A stretch of DNA of 64,000 nt from Terriglobia bacterium (GCA_020072565.1 JAIQGI010000040.1:8-64007), one strand, 5' to 3'; shown: positions 1-10,559, numbered from the stretch's first letter. Numbers and translations are program-made. The notes: a model not told the origin generated them from the sequence alone.

Positions 1-911
1 CGCGCCAGATCACGCCACGGCTCCAGAACCCACGCCTCGGTTTCGTCGGGATAGGTGAATCGAAATGCCGGTGGCAGAACGCCAATCACCGCGAACGTCC
101 GCGGCCGGCGGGGTCGAGTGTCTCCCACGAGCATGATGCGCCGGCCGACAATTCCTGGGTCGGCGCCGAAGGCGCGGCGCCACAGGCGGTCGCTCAGCAC
201 GAGCAGGGGCTCGGCGCTCGTCTCGTCGGTCGCGGCAAACAACCGTCCTGCCACGGCCTTGACGCCCAGCACATCAAAAAAGTTGGGCGTGACGAGCGCC
301 CCGCGCAGCCGCTCTGCCCGGTCGCCGAGCGTGAGATCGAACTGGGCTTCCGAGTTGCCCGCGAAGCCATCGAACACGCCGGCGGATTCCTCTCGCCAGT
401 CGAACACCATCTCGCGCGTGAGAATTCCCCGCTGCCAGCCCGATCCCCAAAGCATCTGGTCCTGCTCACCGGCGGGCGCCTGCTTCGGGGATCGCCACAC
501 CATCACGAGGCGATCCGGGTCGCGGTAGGGCAGCGGCTGGAGCAGTACGGCTTGCAGGATGCTGAAAACGGCGCCGTTGGCGCCGATTCCCAGCGCGAGC
601 GTGAGGACGACGCCGGCAGAGAACCATGGTGAGCGCCGAAATCCCCGGAACGCATAGCACACGTCCTGAAGGAAGTCGCGAATTAGTCGAACTCCGCGGG
701 CGTCGCGGCATTCTTCTCTATGTTGCTCGAGGCCGCCCAGCACTCGCAGAGCTTCAAATCGGGCTTCCTCCGGCGTCATTCCTTGCGCGATCTGCTCCTC
801 AATTTGGTTTTCGAGGTGGAATCGGATCTCCTCCTGCAATTCCCTTTCGACCTTGCTGCTTCGGAATAACGAGCGGAGACGGAGAAACAACTTGTATGTC
901 CAGCGCGGCAT
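1..911 (-). CDS. ADOP-type duplicated MacB/FtsX-like permease, 5' part only (runs off the left edge)
   Basis: Hand translation from the ATG at 911-909 gives MPRWTYKLFLRLRSLFRSSKVERELQEEIRFHLENQIEEQIAQGMTPEEARFEALRVLGG...FRGFRRSPWFSAGVVLTLALGIGANGAVFSILQAVLLQPLPYRDPDRL. The N-terminal layout matches the five complete paralogues. The frame stays open to position 1, which explains its absence from the complete-ORF track. It lies 12 nt downstream of a PadR gene. Confidence 0.85.
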   Translation of the reverse strand, partial: MPRWTYKLFLRLRSLFRSSKVERELQEEIRFHLENQIEEQIAQGMTPEEARFEALRVLGGLEQHREECRDARGVRLIRDFLQDVCYAFRGFRRSPWFSAGVVLTLALGIGANGAVFSILQAVLLQPLPYRDPDRLVMVWRSPKQAPAGEQDQMLWGSGWQRGILTREMVFDWREESAGVFDGFAGNSEAQFDLTLGDRAERLRGALVTPNFFDVLGVKAVAGRLFAATDETSAEPLLVLSDRLWRRAFGADPGIVGRRIMLVGDTRPRRPRTFAVIGVLPPAFRFTYPDETEAWVLEPWRDLA

Positions 912-923
912 TTTTGCTGCTCC

Positions 924-1253
924 TCAAGGTGTTTCCAGAACCAGGTCGATAGCCGTGGACAGCCGGTCCCAATTCGCGCGCTCCTGATTCAGATATTTGC
1001 GGCCTGCCGGCGTCACCGAGTAATATTTGGCGCGGCGATTGTTTTCCGACGCTCCCCACTTTGCCGCGATCCATCCCTGCTGCTCGAGGCGGTGCAAGGC
1101 AGGATAAAGCGCTCCCTGGTTCACCTGCAGGACATCCTTCGAGACCAGCCGGATGCGTTGCGCGATCCCCCAGCCGTGCATGGGTTCGAGCGCGATCGTT
1201 TTAAGAATCAGAAGGTCCAGCGTGCCCTGTACAAGATCTGCCGGCTTGCCCAT
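924..1253 (-). CDS. PadR-family transcriptional regulator
   Basis: MGKPADLVQGTLDLLILKTIALEPMHGWGIAQRI...GALYPALHRLEQQGWIAAKWGASENNRRAKYYSVTPAGRKYL is a typical PadR winged helix. The track start at 1268 is a TTG. The ATG at 1253 is preceded by GAGGGGA. Confidence 0.9.
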   Translation of the reverse strand: MGKPADLVQGTLDLLILKTIALEPMHGWGIAQRIRLVSKDVLQVNQGALYPALHRLEQQGWIAAKWGASENNRRAKYYSVTPAGRKYLNQERANWDRLSTAIDLVLETP

Positions 1254-1271
1254 CTGCTTTCCCCTCAATTA

Positions 1272-1304
1272 TTGACAAGCGCAATATCGCGCTTCTCTTG
1301 TCAA
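1272..1304. promoter_or_regulatory. Inverted repeat TTGACAAG-N17-CTTGTCAA upstream of the PadR gene (candidate operator)
   Basis: Perfect 8-bp arms at 1272-1279 and 1297-1304, with a near-palindromic AGCGCAATATCGCGCT core. It begins 19 nt upstream of the ATG at 1253. Confidence 0.35.
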
Positions 1305-1725
1305 TCGTCAAGGGGAAAATCACTTGCCGCAGCCGCGAAGCCGCCAAATCACCGGAACAAGCAAGCGAGTCGCAGGGTCGCTTTCGTAATTACCGATGTC
1401 GAGCCATGCATTTGATTGGATGCTGTCCCATAGTTCCCTGTGCGATCGAGCGGGTAATTGTCTAATCCAGCACAGCATGGATCACCGGATTGATCAGCTC
1501 GGGATGCGTTCGATCAGCCTGGGGATGGCGAACGTATTGCGGTAAGGGAGCTTCCAATGCCAACAGATGGCCATCCTGGAAGGGCTCGTGCTCATTGAGG
1601 TCGACAAAAACGACCTTGCCGCCGGGCGGGCTGTTCCCGGAACACCAAGATCCCTTCGCGCATCCAGGACCGCCGCGCTCGGCGCACACGTTGCCGCAAT
1701 CACGCTCAAAAATACTTAGAGTCGG

Positions 1726-2166
1726 CTACTTGCCTTTGGCATAGGTCCCAGAATAGTAAAAGTAGTAGCCAATCCCCTCAGGTCCCCGGCCACGTGCGGC
1801 GGACTTTGTGTATCTCTCCAAGACGACTTGGCTGGTGCCGGTCCGTTTGATGACGTACAGTGTTTGGTCTGTGTTCACCACAAGGGCGCCGGCATCTTGT
1901 TCCTGGGGGATACCGGAGCCGCTCGGGCCCGGGCGATAAGCAGTTGCCTCCATCTCGGGGAGTTCGAGCTCCGATTCAAACTGCGGGCGTATTTTGATAA
2001 AGGTCTTGCCGTCCCTGTAAAGAACCTTAAAGGATGCCGGCCCTCTGGGGGGCGTCTCAACGTTGTTCCATGTGCCGACAAAGAACGTCGGCGGGGCCGG
2101 CGCTTGAATTGGACTTCCCGAGGCAACGATCCAACTCATTACGAGCACGACCAGCTGACCGAACAT
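1726..2166 (-). CDS. Hypothetical small secreted protein
   Basis: The ATG at 2166 is preceded by AAGGAGGAAG. The N-terminus MFGQLVVLVMSWIVASGSPIQA looks like a signal peptide. It lies 47 nt downstream of the ADOP gene on the same strand. No recognisable domain. The longer track ORF (to 2280) would overlap the permease 3' end. Confidence 0.5.
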   Translation of the reverse strand: MFGQLVVLVMSWIVASGSPIQAPAPPTFFVGTWNNVETPPRGPASFKVLYRDGKTFIKIRPQFESELELPEMEATAYRPGPSGSGIPQEQDAGALVVNTDQTLYVIKRTGTSQVVLERYTKSAARGRGPEGIGYYFYYSGTYAKGK

Positions 2167-2212
2167 GACTTCCTCCTTGGCCCATCCTGCCGCGCCATTG
2201 TCAGATGCGGAT

Positions 2213-4867
2213 TCACTCGCAGCGCAGCGCTGCCATGGGATCGATCCTTGAAGCACGGCGGGCCGGGAGCCAGGCGGCAAAGGTGGTTGCCGCGATCAGA
2301 ACCGTAGCTGCGAGCAGGTAGGTCATCGGATCCCGCGAATCGATTTTGTACCACCATGATTGTGCGAACTTCGATGCCCAATAGGTACCGATAATACCCA
2401 CCCCGAGGCCGATTACGACCGGGCCCAGAGCTTCCCGGATCACGAAGCGCTGAACATTACCGGGGGTTGCGCCGAGCGACATACGCAGGCCGATCTCTGA
2501 ACGCCGAAGCGCGACCTCGAATGACGCCACGGCATAGAGGCCGACTGCGGCAAGAATCAATGCCACAATGCCGAAGGCGGAAAACAACATGGTGATGAAC
2601 TTCTGGTTGAGTAGGCCCCTGCTCAGCAAGTCGGCTTCGCAGGTGATTCTGACCGACAACGGCGGCGCAACCCGCGCTTGAATTCTGTCGCGGATTTCAG
2701 CCGCGGACCACGTAGCGCCGCTCTGCAATCTCACTGCGAAGTCCCTGCCGGGAAGCCGAGGGGTTACAGGTACGTAAAACGATGGCAGCGGCAGGCTCGC
2801 ATGTGCCGAACGCACATCTGATACGATGCCGATAATACGGCGAGGCGCCTCGCCCGCGGTTTCCAACAACCGGCCGATCGCTTCGGCCGGCCGGAGGCCG
2901 GGCCACACCAGCTGGAGTCCCATCTCGCTCAGGATTCCGACACTCTCGGGATAGTCCAAGTCGGCGGATGTAAAGCTCCGTCCGGCCACGAGACGCATTC
3001 CCATCGCTTCAATAAAACCATCGGTTATTTGCCAACGGGAGGCCTTTGTAGGGCCGGCTCCAAGTCTGCCCCCCGGCGCACCGGCGCTGATTGGCGATAC
3101 AAACGCAGCTCCCGCTGATTGAACGCCGTGGAGGCGTCGCAACTCGTCGAGTACCGCAATGTTTCGCTGGTAATAAACATGAGGATCTTTGGTCGGGGGA
3201 AATCGGATCCCGATGTTGTAAAGACCGTCAGGCTTGAATCCCAAATCATTACTCATCAGGCCCATCAGGCTGCGCGCGCCCATGGTTGCTCCCGCCACAA
3301 GTGCGAGGCTGACCGCCGCTTCCACGACCAGCAGGCCCCGGCCGCCGCGCAACCGTCCCATCCTGCCACGGCCGGCAAACTGCTGCAGCGAGGCCAGTAT
3401 GTCGATCCTCGACAAACGCAGGCATGGCACAACGCCCGCGAACAGTGCCGAAAAAGATGCGGCACAAATCGAGAGAACAATCACTCGCGCGTCGTATGCC
3501 GGGACGGCGAATCGGCTGAAGACTGGGGGCAGCAGCGCTTGCATTCCTTGGCCCGTCCAGGCAAGAACCATGAGGCCAATCAACGTGCCGATAAACGACA
3601 GGATCAGGCTTTCGATCCACGCTGTCTGCATGAGGCGAAACGTCGAGGCGCCCAGAGCCAACCGCACTGCCGCCTGATGCTCGCGCGACCGGCCGCGTAC
3701 GAGGAGCAGGCTCGCCAGGTTCGCACAGGCCACCAGGAGTACGAGTCCGGCCGCGGCCACGACAAGCCACAAGTAGGACGCGTACCTGCCGAACAAAGCG
3801 GTCTTCAGGGGAACCAGCCGGACGACCATTTTCGGTGCTCCGGGTTCCTCCGGACCCAGTCGCTCCACGAGAGTGTTGATCTGCGCCTCGGCTGCCGCGT
3901 GCGACATGCCAGGCTTGAGCCGCACATAGGATCGATAGAACCGCTCACCGGATTTGGCGGCATCGAAGTTGTCAGACGTAAGCGCAAGCCCATCGGATGC
4001 AGGATCGAAAAAGTAGGAGGCGGAAATGAACGATGCGGGGAGAACACCGATAATCGCCACCGGCTCCGACCCCGACCGCCATAATCTCCGACCCACGATG
4101 TCGGGAGCGCCGTTAAACCTTCCTCGCCACAGGCTGTAACTGATGAGCGCGCATGCCCGCTTCTGCTGTGCATCCTCACGGGTGAAATCCCTGCCCATGA
4201 AAGGGCGAACGCCCAAAACGTCCAGGGTATTGAACGATGCGTCCGTCAGACGGATCGCGCTTTCATCGGCAGGATCGCTCGACATCGAATAGCTGCTACT
4301 GGTGAATCCGGTAACGCATATGTCGGCGACGCTCGAAAGGCGTCGGGACTCGACGACCCAGGCGGCGGGCATCGTGCCGTAGCTTCTGTCAGTGCCCGCC
4401 TCATATTCACCCATTTCATAGATTTGATCCCAATGGTCATAGGGCAAAGCCCGAAAAAGCACGCGGTCAACGGCCGAGAACACAGCCACATTGACCCCGA
4501 TGCCGAGCGCGAACGTCAGCGCCGCGCCCACGGCAAACCAGCGCGATCGCGTCAGTGATCGAATTGCCGACCGAAAATCAAAAGCGAGAGCGCCGATCAG
4601 GTTGCGCCCAACCTGTGCGCCCCAAGCTATCGGCTCATGCCGGGCAATGCGCTCGACCTTTCTGATCTCGTCCATGAGCTTTCCGCCTTGGCCCCACTCC
4701 GCCTGGATTGCCTGATACGCCTCTTTCTCTGTCGCGCCGCCGCGCAGCAGTTCCTGATACCGGTCCTCGAGGTGTTGCGCCAGCTCCTCGCAGATCTCAG
4801 TCTCGCGCGCAGGATCGAGCCGCAGGCCGGAGAGTCGCGCGGCAACCTCCTTTTTCCAGTCAGGCAT
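2213..4867 (-). CDS. ADOP-type duplicated MacB/FtsX-like permease (884 aa)
   Basis: Cytoplasmic N-terminal helix region (EICEELAQHLEDRYQELL...). Two repeats, each with a large periplasmic domain followed by FtsX-like TM helices. C-terminal PARRASRIDPMAALRCE is shared by all paralogues. The start overlaps the upstream PadR stop by 8 nt. Confidence 0.92.
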   Translation of the reverse strand: MPDWKKEVAARLSGLRLDPARETEICEELAQHLEDRYQELLRGGATEKEAYQAIQAEWGQGGKLMDEIRKVERIARHEPIAWGAQVGRNLIGALAFDFRSAIRSLTRSRWFAVGAALTFALGIGVNVAVFSAVDRVLFRALPYDHWDQIYEMGEYEAGTDRSYGTMPAAWVVESRRLSSVADICVTGFTSSSYSMSSDPADESAIRLTDASFNTLDVLGVRPFMGRDFTREDAQQKRACALISYSLWRGRFNGAPDIVGRRLWRSGSEPVAIIGVLPASFISASYFFDPASDGLALTSDNFDAAKSGERFYRSYVRLKPGMSHAAAEAQINTLVERLGPEEPGAPKMVVRLVPLKTALFGRYASYLWLVVAAAGLVLLVACANLASLLLVRGRSREHQAAVRLALGASTFRLMQTAWIESLILSFIGTLIGLMVLAWTGQGMQALLPPVFSRFAVPAYDARVIVLSICAASFSALFAGVVPCLRLSRIDILASLQQFAGRGRMGRLRGGRGLLVVEAAVSLALVAGATMGARSLMGLMSNDLGFKPDGLYNIGIRFPPTKDPHVYYQRNIAVLDELRRLHGVQSAGAAFVSPISAGAPGGRLGAGPTKASRWQITDGFIEAMGMRLVAGRSFTSADLDYPESVGILSEMGLQLVWPGLRPAEAIGRLLETAGEAPRRIIGIVSDVRSAHASLPLPSFYVPVTPRLPGRDFAVRLQSGATWSAAEIRDRIQARVAPPLSVRITCEADLLSRGLLNQKFITMLFSAFGIVALILAAVGLYAVASFEVALRRSEIGLRMSLGATPGNVQRFVIREALGPVVIGLGVGIIGTYWASKFAQSWWYKIDSRDPMTYLLAATVLIAATTFAAWLPARRASRIDPMAALRCE

Positions 4868-5213
4868 GCTCTTCCTCCGTGATGCGATTGATCGCTTCCA
4901 CGAAAGCCCTCCAACCCCGCCGCTGTGCCGCCAGAACGACGCGGCCCTCGACCGTCAGACGATAGAAACGCCGCCGACGCTGTCCCGCTTTCTCGACCCA
5001 GCGACCTTTGATCCAGCCCCGCTTCTCCAGGCGATAGAGCAAAGGGTAGAGCGATGCGACGTAGAAGCGCACGGTTCCTCCTGAGCGCTCCTCGATGAGT
5101 TTGCAGATCTCATAGCCGTGCCGCGGCCGGCCCTCGATCAATGAGAGGATCAACAGCTCGGCGCTGCCTTTTTTCAATTCGCGGTCAAATATCGTACTGT
5201 TGATAGGTTGCAT
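4860..5213 (-). CDS. PadR-family transcriptional regulator
   Basis: KKGSAELLILSLIEGRPRHGYEICKLIEERSGG...SLYPLLYRLEKRGWIKGRWVEKAGQRRRRFYRLTVEGR. ATG start at 5213. Confidence 0.9.
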   Translation of the reverse strand: MQPINSTIFDRELKKGSAELLILSLIEGRPRHGYEICKLIEERSGGTVRFYVASLYPLLYRLEKRGWIKGRWVEKAGQRRRRFYRLTVEGRVVLAAQRRGWRAFVEAINRITEEEHA

Positions 5214-5382
5214 AGCAACATGTTAAACAGCCACTGATTCTGAGTCAAGCGGAATCCCCAGACAAACAAGTTCAGTATCGCGCGTCCGTGGCCACGCTGA
5301 AATCCGCGTCGAACTTTTCCGCCCGGCCTTGCGTTTAACAGTAGAATAAAAGCCGCATCTCATGTTTGCCGAGGAGGCGTCT

Positions 5383-7800
5383 ATGGATTCGCTCCTGCAG
5401 GACCTGCGCTTTGCCGTACGAATGTTCGCTAAAAATCCCGGCCTGACCCTGATTGCTGTGTTTTCCCTTTCTCTGGCCATAGGTCCGAACTCCGCATTAT
5501 TCAGCGCAGTGGACGCGGTTCTGTTGAGTCCACCGCCGATTCAACAACCCGACCAGATCGTCGGGATCTCCACTCGTGTCGCAGGGCAGCACAAGGGAAT
5601 CAGCTATCCAGAGTATCTGGATCTGCGGGATCAGACCTCCACTCTTGCGGGCGTACTCACCTGGCAAAACATGGGCGCATTGTTGGATGCAAGTGGAACC
5701 CGCGAGCTTGTCCCACTAGCTGTAGTTTCCGAGAACTACTTTTCCCTTTCTGGAGCCAAAGCCGCGGCAGGGAGAACGCTCCTTCCCAAGTTGGACGAGA
5801 TCTATGAAGGGGCTCCCCCCATCGTCATCAGCTATAGCCTCTGGCAGCGGAGCTTCGCAACCGATCCCGAAATTGTCGGGAAGACGATCATTCTCACCGG
5901 TAAACCGTTTCGCATCGTCGGAGTAGCGGAACGGGGTTTCAAGGGCCTGGACTCGCTCATCCCCACGGATATCTGGCTTCCGGTAAGCGCGCTTAGCGCC
6001 ATGGATCCTTCCTACAAGATTCTGCTATTGCGCCGGGACGAGGCTTTCGGCGCCGTTTGGGGGCGCCTGCGCCCCGGAATCAATCCCGAACAGGCGCGCC
6101 TGGACTTGACCCGGATTTTGAACCGCGTTGGCGAGCCCCAGGCAAAGACATTACATGAGCGTCAGGCTGTGCTTTGGCTGGTGGCACCTGACCAAGCCCG
6201 CAGGGGCATCGTGCTTGGGTCCATTGTGCTCGCACTGGTAGGTCTTGTCCTGCTGATAGCGTGCGCCAATGTGGCAAATCTGCAGTTAGCCCAAAGCGAG
6301 ATGCGCCGCAGAGAGACGGCTATACGCCTGGCTTTGGGTGCTACCAGGCTTCGGCTGATGCGGCAATGGCTCACGGAAAGTGCACTGTTGTCGATCATGG
6401 GCACTGGCCTTGGATTGCTGCTTGGCTACAACCTCATTCAGTTCCTTTCGAAGCTGAAGCTGCCGGTCACCATTCCGCTGGACTTCGACATTCGACTCAA
6501 CAGTCACGTCCTCGGATACACTCTGTTCCTCGCGTTCGTCACCACCATTCTCTTCGGGCTGAGTCCCGCCTTAAGAGCCTCCAAGCCCAACCTTGTGCCC
6601 GAACTCAAAAGCGACGATGCAGTTGTGATGAGTCATGGCTACCGCCGGATGCCTTTGCGTAACGTCCTGGTAATCGGGCAGATTGCCGTTTCGCAATTGT
6701 TGCTTGCAGGCGGGGGCCTCCTGCTCAGGAGTTATCTCAACATCACGGCCGTTCGCCCTGGCTTTGATTCTCAAAAGCAGATGCTACTCGTGACCACCAT
6801 CCCGGATGAGGCTGCTCCGGGTGATTATTCACAGGTTGTCGAACGGATCCACGCACTGCCGAGGGTTCGGCGGGTGAGCTATTGCTCCAGTTTGCCTATG
6901 AGCGGTATGGGCGAGGCCAAACTCAAATTCTCACTTGCCGGCATGCCGGCACTGGAGGACATGGCAGCCCGGTTCAGCAGGGTCGGGCCGGGCTATTTTG
7001 AAACCATGGGCACTCATGTCTTGCGCGGGCGTGGTCTGGAAACGGGTGATGCTCGCCCTGATGCAAAGGCCGTTCTCATTAATGAAGAGTTGTCCCGAAG
7101 GCTGAAATCGGTGATGCACGACGAAGACCCGGTCGGCCGGTGGATCAGGATAGAAAATGAAGATCACCTCGTGGTCGGCGTAGTCGAAGATGGTAAGTAT
7201 GGAGGTCTGCGCGAACCTCCTCAGCCGTTCCTTTATTTGCCTTATGACCCGCGCCGAGTTGGAGAGGCTGTATTGTTGATAGAGACAGGTGGCGACGCAA
7301 ATCTACTCGCCGCTCAGGTCAGACGCACGCTATCCCAGCAAAATTCTCCTGTTCAAATCGTGACGATGACTACACTGAGAGAGCACATGCGCTTACCTCG
7401 CTTGGCGGACGAGATGTCAGCCAATTTGGTCGGAACGCTAGGCTTGCTCGGAATGTTCATGGCCAGCGTCGGTTTGTGCGGGCTTATGTTTTACCTGGTG
7501 AACCGGCGCACGCACGAGATCGGTGTACGCATGGCGCTTGGCGCGGAATCGTTCGATGTGCTCCAAATGATCATGGGCCAGGGCCTCAGGCTGACGCTTT
7601 CGGGCGTCCTGATTGGACTTGCCCTCGCATTTCTTGTCGGCCGGATTGTGGCGGGGCTGCTGTTTGGCATAAGCAGTTCAGACCCAATCGCCTTTGGTGG
7701 AAGCACACTTGTGGTCACGGCCATTGCCGCAGCTGCAATCTACGCGCCTGCTCGTAAAGCCGTGCGCGTTGATCCGATCGTAGCGCTGAGGCACGAATAG
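5383..7800 (+). CDS. ADOP-type duplicated MacB/FtsX-like permease (805 aa)
   Basis: MDSLLQDLRFAVRMFAKNPGLTLIAVFSLSLAIGPNSALFS... and a C-terminal ARKAVRVDPIVALRHE. I prefer the ATG at 5383 (GAGGAGG 6 nt upstream) over the track start at 5362. It is transcribed divergently from the PadR gene at 4860-5213. Confidence 0.9.
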   Translation: MDSLLQDLRFAVRMFAKNPGLTLIAVFSLSLAIGPNSALFSAVDAVLLSPPPIQQPDQIVGISTRVAGQHKGISYPEYLDLRDQTSTLAGVLTWQNMGALLDASGTRELVPLAVVSENYFSLSGAKAAAGRTLLPKLDEIYEGAPPIVISYSLWQRSFATDPEIVGKTIILTGKPFRIVGVAERGFKGLDSLIPTDIWLPVSALSAMDPSYKILLLRRDEAFGAVWGRLRPGINPEQARLDLTRILNRVGEPQAKTLHERQAVLWLVAPDQARRGIVLGSIVLALVGLVLLIACANVANLQLAQSEMRRRETAIRLALGATRLRLMRQWLTESALLSIMGTGLGLLLGYNLIQFLSKLKLPVTIPLDFDIRLNSHVLGYTLFLAFVTTILFGLSPALRASKPNLVPELKSDDAVVMSHGYRRMPLRNVLVIGQIAVSQLLLAGGGLLLRSYLNITAVRPGFDSQKQMLLVTTIPDEAAPGDYSQVVERIHALPRVRRVSYCSSLPMSGMGEAKLKFSLAGMPALEDMAARFSRVGPGYFETMGTHVLRGRGLETGDARPDAKAVLINEELSRRLKSVMHDEDPVGRWIRIENEDHLVVGVVEDGKYGGLREPPQPFLYLPYDPRRVGEAVLLIETGGDANLLAAQVRRTLSQQNSPVQIVTMTTLREHMRLPRLADEMSANLVGTLGLLGMFMASVGLCGLMFYLVNRRTHEIGVRMALGAESFDVLQMIMGQGLRLTLSGVLIGLALAFLVGRIVAGLLFGISSSDPIAFGGSTLVVTAIAAAAIYAPARKAVRVDPIVALRHE

Positions 7801-7875
7801 ACGGAGAATCAATGCGACAACGACGCTCCGCGAACGGCGGCGGTTTCCGGGTTGACACGCATGCCGGGCAGCGCC

Positions 7876-10536
7876 TTATTCGTAGCGCAGGGCTTCGGTG
7901 GGATTGACTCGCGTGGCTCGGAGAGCCGGCAGCAGGCTCGCCCCCACCGCCATAGCCATAAGCACGGTCGACACGACTATGAATGTCATCGGGTCGAGCG
8001 GCTTTACGCCCCAGACAAAGGATTGGAGCGTCTGCGAAAGGGCAGCCGCGCCGGAAAGGCCGAGGACCATGCCGACAAATGCCAGAACAAGCGACTCGCG
8101 CACGAATTGGCCAAAAATCCCGCGGGGCTCGGCTCCGAGCGCCATGCGGACTCCAATCTCCTTCGTTCTCTGGCTCACATTGTAGGCAACTAGCCCGTAG
8201 ATACCGATTGCTGCCAGCGTCATCGCAACCGCTGCAAAAATGGCAATGAGCGTCAGATGGAACCTTTCTGTCTGAATGGACTGACCGACAACGTCCTCCA
8301 TTGTCAGGAAACGCACGAAGGGTAGGCCCGGCTGGGCTTCCCGCACAATCGACTGTATGGCTGGAATGAGGTTGGGGTTCATGGTCCGGACGCGCACGGC
8401 CCAACTCACACGATAGACGCTGTGCACCATAGCCAGGAGGGCATCGGGCACCTGAGCTACCGGGACATAAATGATGGGGGCTGCGGACGCCGCGAGTGCG
8501 TTCCTTCCGCTGGACCAGCCGGCGCCCGGCGCGGTCCTCACATCCGCTACGACGCCGACGATCTCGCGCACCGGATCATTCCCGACTCCGGCCACAAGAC
8601 TGATGGATTTGCCAATCGGCGAGGCATTCCCAAAATATGCGCGGACGAAGGCCTCGTTCACCAACGCCACAGGCGCACCTCGCGCAACATCACGCTCGTC
8701 GAACGGTCGTCCCGCACGCAGCGGTATGCGGAATACGCTGAAATATTCCGGCGTAACGTAGCGCCAGTCGATGGCCCTGACACCCTGCACGAGACTCCCC
8801 GGCGGCGGCGCGAGCGGGAGATTCAAGCCGCGCTCGACCGGCACGTTGTTCCCCACCGCCGCGGCTTCAACGCCCGGCAGCCTGCGGATGCGATAGAGGG
8901 CCCCTTCCACAAACGCCACGAATCCGTCATTCCTCCCAGGTGTCCATCCGCGAAGCGACATCTGGCCGGTAAGAACATTGTGCGAATCGAAGCCGAGCTC
9001 GACACTGCGCAGGTTGACAAAGGTGCGCATTAGAAGGCCGGCGCCAATCAGAAGGACGACGGCGAGGGTCACCTCGATTACGGTAAATATGCGCCGCAGC
9101 CAGATCGTGCGTCTGCCCGCCGTGTGGCGTCCGCCCATGTCACACAGCACAGCACGCGGGTCGATTCGCGCGGCGTCGAGCGCCGGCACCAGGCCGAAGA
9201 ACACACCCGTCAGCACCGACAGCGCCAAGGCGACGGCCAGTACCGTCCACTCAATACCCACAGTCTGGCCGAAGGCGAGCCCGGTGGGTGCGAGCGCCAG
9301 CACGCTGCGCATCCCCCAGGTTGAAAGCAGCAGGCCGATTGCTCCGCCTGCAACTCCCAAAAGTATGGATTCGATGAGGACTTGCTGCACGAGACGCCGC
9401 ACGCTGCCGCCGAGCGCCGCGCGTGCGGTCAATTCACGCCGCCGTGATGTGGAACGCGCTAATTGGAGGCCGGCGACATTTGCGCAGGCGATCAGGAGTA
9501 CGAAGCCGACCGCTCCCAGCAGAATGAGAAGCGGCTCGCGCTTGTCGCCGGCGACAACCATGTGGTAAGGCATCCAGTTGATCACCCGGCGCGATCCGTC
9601 GTTGCCCAGGCGCAGATCTGATGCCAACATAGGCCACAAAGTTCCGAACTCGCTCTGGGCGCCTGTAGCTTCAACGCCCGGCCGCAGACGACCCAGGACA
9701 CGATAATTCCAGGTGTTGTCCTGTGGCGAGACGCGGAGGGGCGTCCAGAGATCGGCTTGGGGAATCGTCCGCACTCCGGCCGGCATCACGCCCACAACCG
9801 GATACGGCGCATTTCCGAGATAAACCGTCTGGCCGAGGATGTCACCACGCGCGCCGAAGCGCCTCCGCCAGAGCTGCTCGCTCAGGATGACGCCGCGCGT
9901 CCCACCAGGCCGATCCTGTTCGCGCGTGAATTCGTGCCCGAGAAGCGGCCGAAATCCAAGCACGGCAAAGTAACCTTCGGATACGCTCAGGCCGTCGACG
10001 TATTCCGCTTCACTGCCGGCCATGAGGTTCCAGCCGGTGCCTGAACCTTGCGCGGCAATCCCTTCAAAACTGCGCGCTCGCTCGCGCGTGTGCCAGAATA
10101 TCTGGCCACTGACCGAGCCCTGCTCTTCGGTCGTGAGCGCCAGGATCCGATCCGGCTCGGAAAAGGGGAGTGGTTTTAGCAAGACGGCATTTACCACGCT
10201 GAAAATGGCGGTTGTTGCTCCAATCCCCAGCGCCATTGTGGCAACGACGGTGATCGTAAATCCGGGCGCGCGCCGCAGGACGCGAAGAGCGTAACGGATA
10301 TCCTGCACGAGGGTCTCCAGCCACGCAAACGCCCACATCTGACGGCTCGATTCACGCAAGAGCAGCGGGTTTCCGAACCGAAGCATCGCGGCACGGTGCG
10401 CCTCTTCGGGTGTCATTCCTGATTTTTCATATTCCCCCTGCTTCATGTCGAGATGAAAGCGCATCTCGTCATCCATGTCGCGGTCGAAGCGACCTTCGCG
10501 GAACATAAAGGACAATCGCCTCAGGAAGGGATTCAT
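7876..10536 (-). CDS. ADOP-type duplicated MacB/FtsX-like permease (886 aa)
   Basis: Start placed at the ATG at 10536 (MNPFLRRLSFMFREGRFDRDMDDEMRFHLDMKQGEYEKSGMTPEEAHRAAMLRFG...), 23 nt after the PadR stop. The 150-aa upstream extension in the track ORF runs antisense-free through the PadR gene and is not credible. C-terminus ALRATRVNPTEALRYE. Confidence 0.9.
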   Translation of the reverse strand: MNPFLRRLSFMFREGRFDRDMDDEMRFHLDMKQGEYEKSGMTPEEAHRAAMLRFGNPLLLRESSRQMWAFAWLETLVQDIRYALRVLRRAPGFTITVVATMALGIGATTAIFSVVNAVLLKPLPFSEPDRILALTTEEQGSVSGQIFWHTRERARSFEGIAAQGSGTGWNLMAGSEAEYVDGLSVSEGYFAVLGFRPLLGHEFTREQDRPGGTRGVILSEQLWRRRFGARGDILGQTVYLGNAPYPVVGVMPAGVRTIPQADLWTPLRVSPQDNTWNYRVLGRLRPGVEATGAQSEFGTLWPMLASDLRLGNDGSRRVINWMPYHMVVAGDKREPLLILLGAVGFVLLIACANVAGLQLARSTSRRRELTARAALGGSVRRLVQQVLIESILLGVAGGAIGLLLSTWGMRSVLALAPTGLAFGQTVGIEWTVLAVALALSVLTGVFFGLVPALDAARIDPRAVLCDMGGRHTAGRRTIWLRRIFTVIEVTLAVVLLIGAGLLMRTFVNLRSVELGFDSHNVLTGQMSLRGWTPGRNDGFVAFVEGALYRIRRLPGVEAAAVGNNVPVERGLNLPLAPPPGSLVQGVRAIDWRYVTPEYFSVFRIPLRAGRPFDERDVARGAPVALVNEAFVRAYFGNASPIGKSISLVAGVGNDPVREIVGVVADVRTAPGAGWSSGRNALAASAAPIIYVPVAQVPDALLAMVHSVYRVSWAVRVRTMNPNLIPAIQSIVREAQPGLPFVRFLTMEDVVGQSIQTERFHLTLIAIFAAVAMTLAAIGIYGLVAYNVSQRTKEIGVRMALGAEPRGIFGQFVRESLVLAFVGMVLGLSGAAALSQTLQSFVWGVKPLDPMTFIVVSTVLMAMAVGASLLPALRATRVNPTEALRYE

Positions 10537-10559
10537 GATCTTTCTCCGAACAAGTAAGC

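Noticed and set aside
1462-1689. 75-aa ORF (GTG start) whose end, ...QDGHLLALEAP...PELINPVIHAVLD, vaguely resembles an alpha/beta-hydrolase C-terminus.
   Set aside because: The resemblance is weak and needs an insertion. There is no RBS, no upstream catalytic regions and no partner frames. At best it is an unverifiable gene fragment.
3119-4084. Long ORFs of 200-440 aa antisense to confident genes. Examples are 3119-4084, 8422-9033, 22238-23104, 34868-36103, 40146-41471, 43000-44175, 45052-46221, 52656-53951, 59545-60450 and 62423-63088.
   Set aside because: They lie fully inside well-supported genes on the other strand. Their translations are Arg/Pro/Gly/Ala-rich and low in complexity, with no motifs. 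This is typical of stop-poor antisense frames in high-GC DNA.
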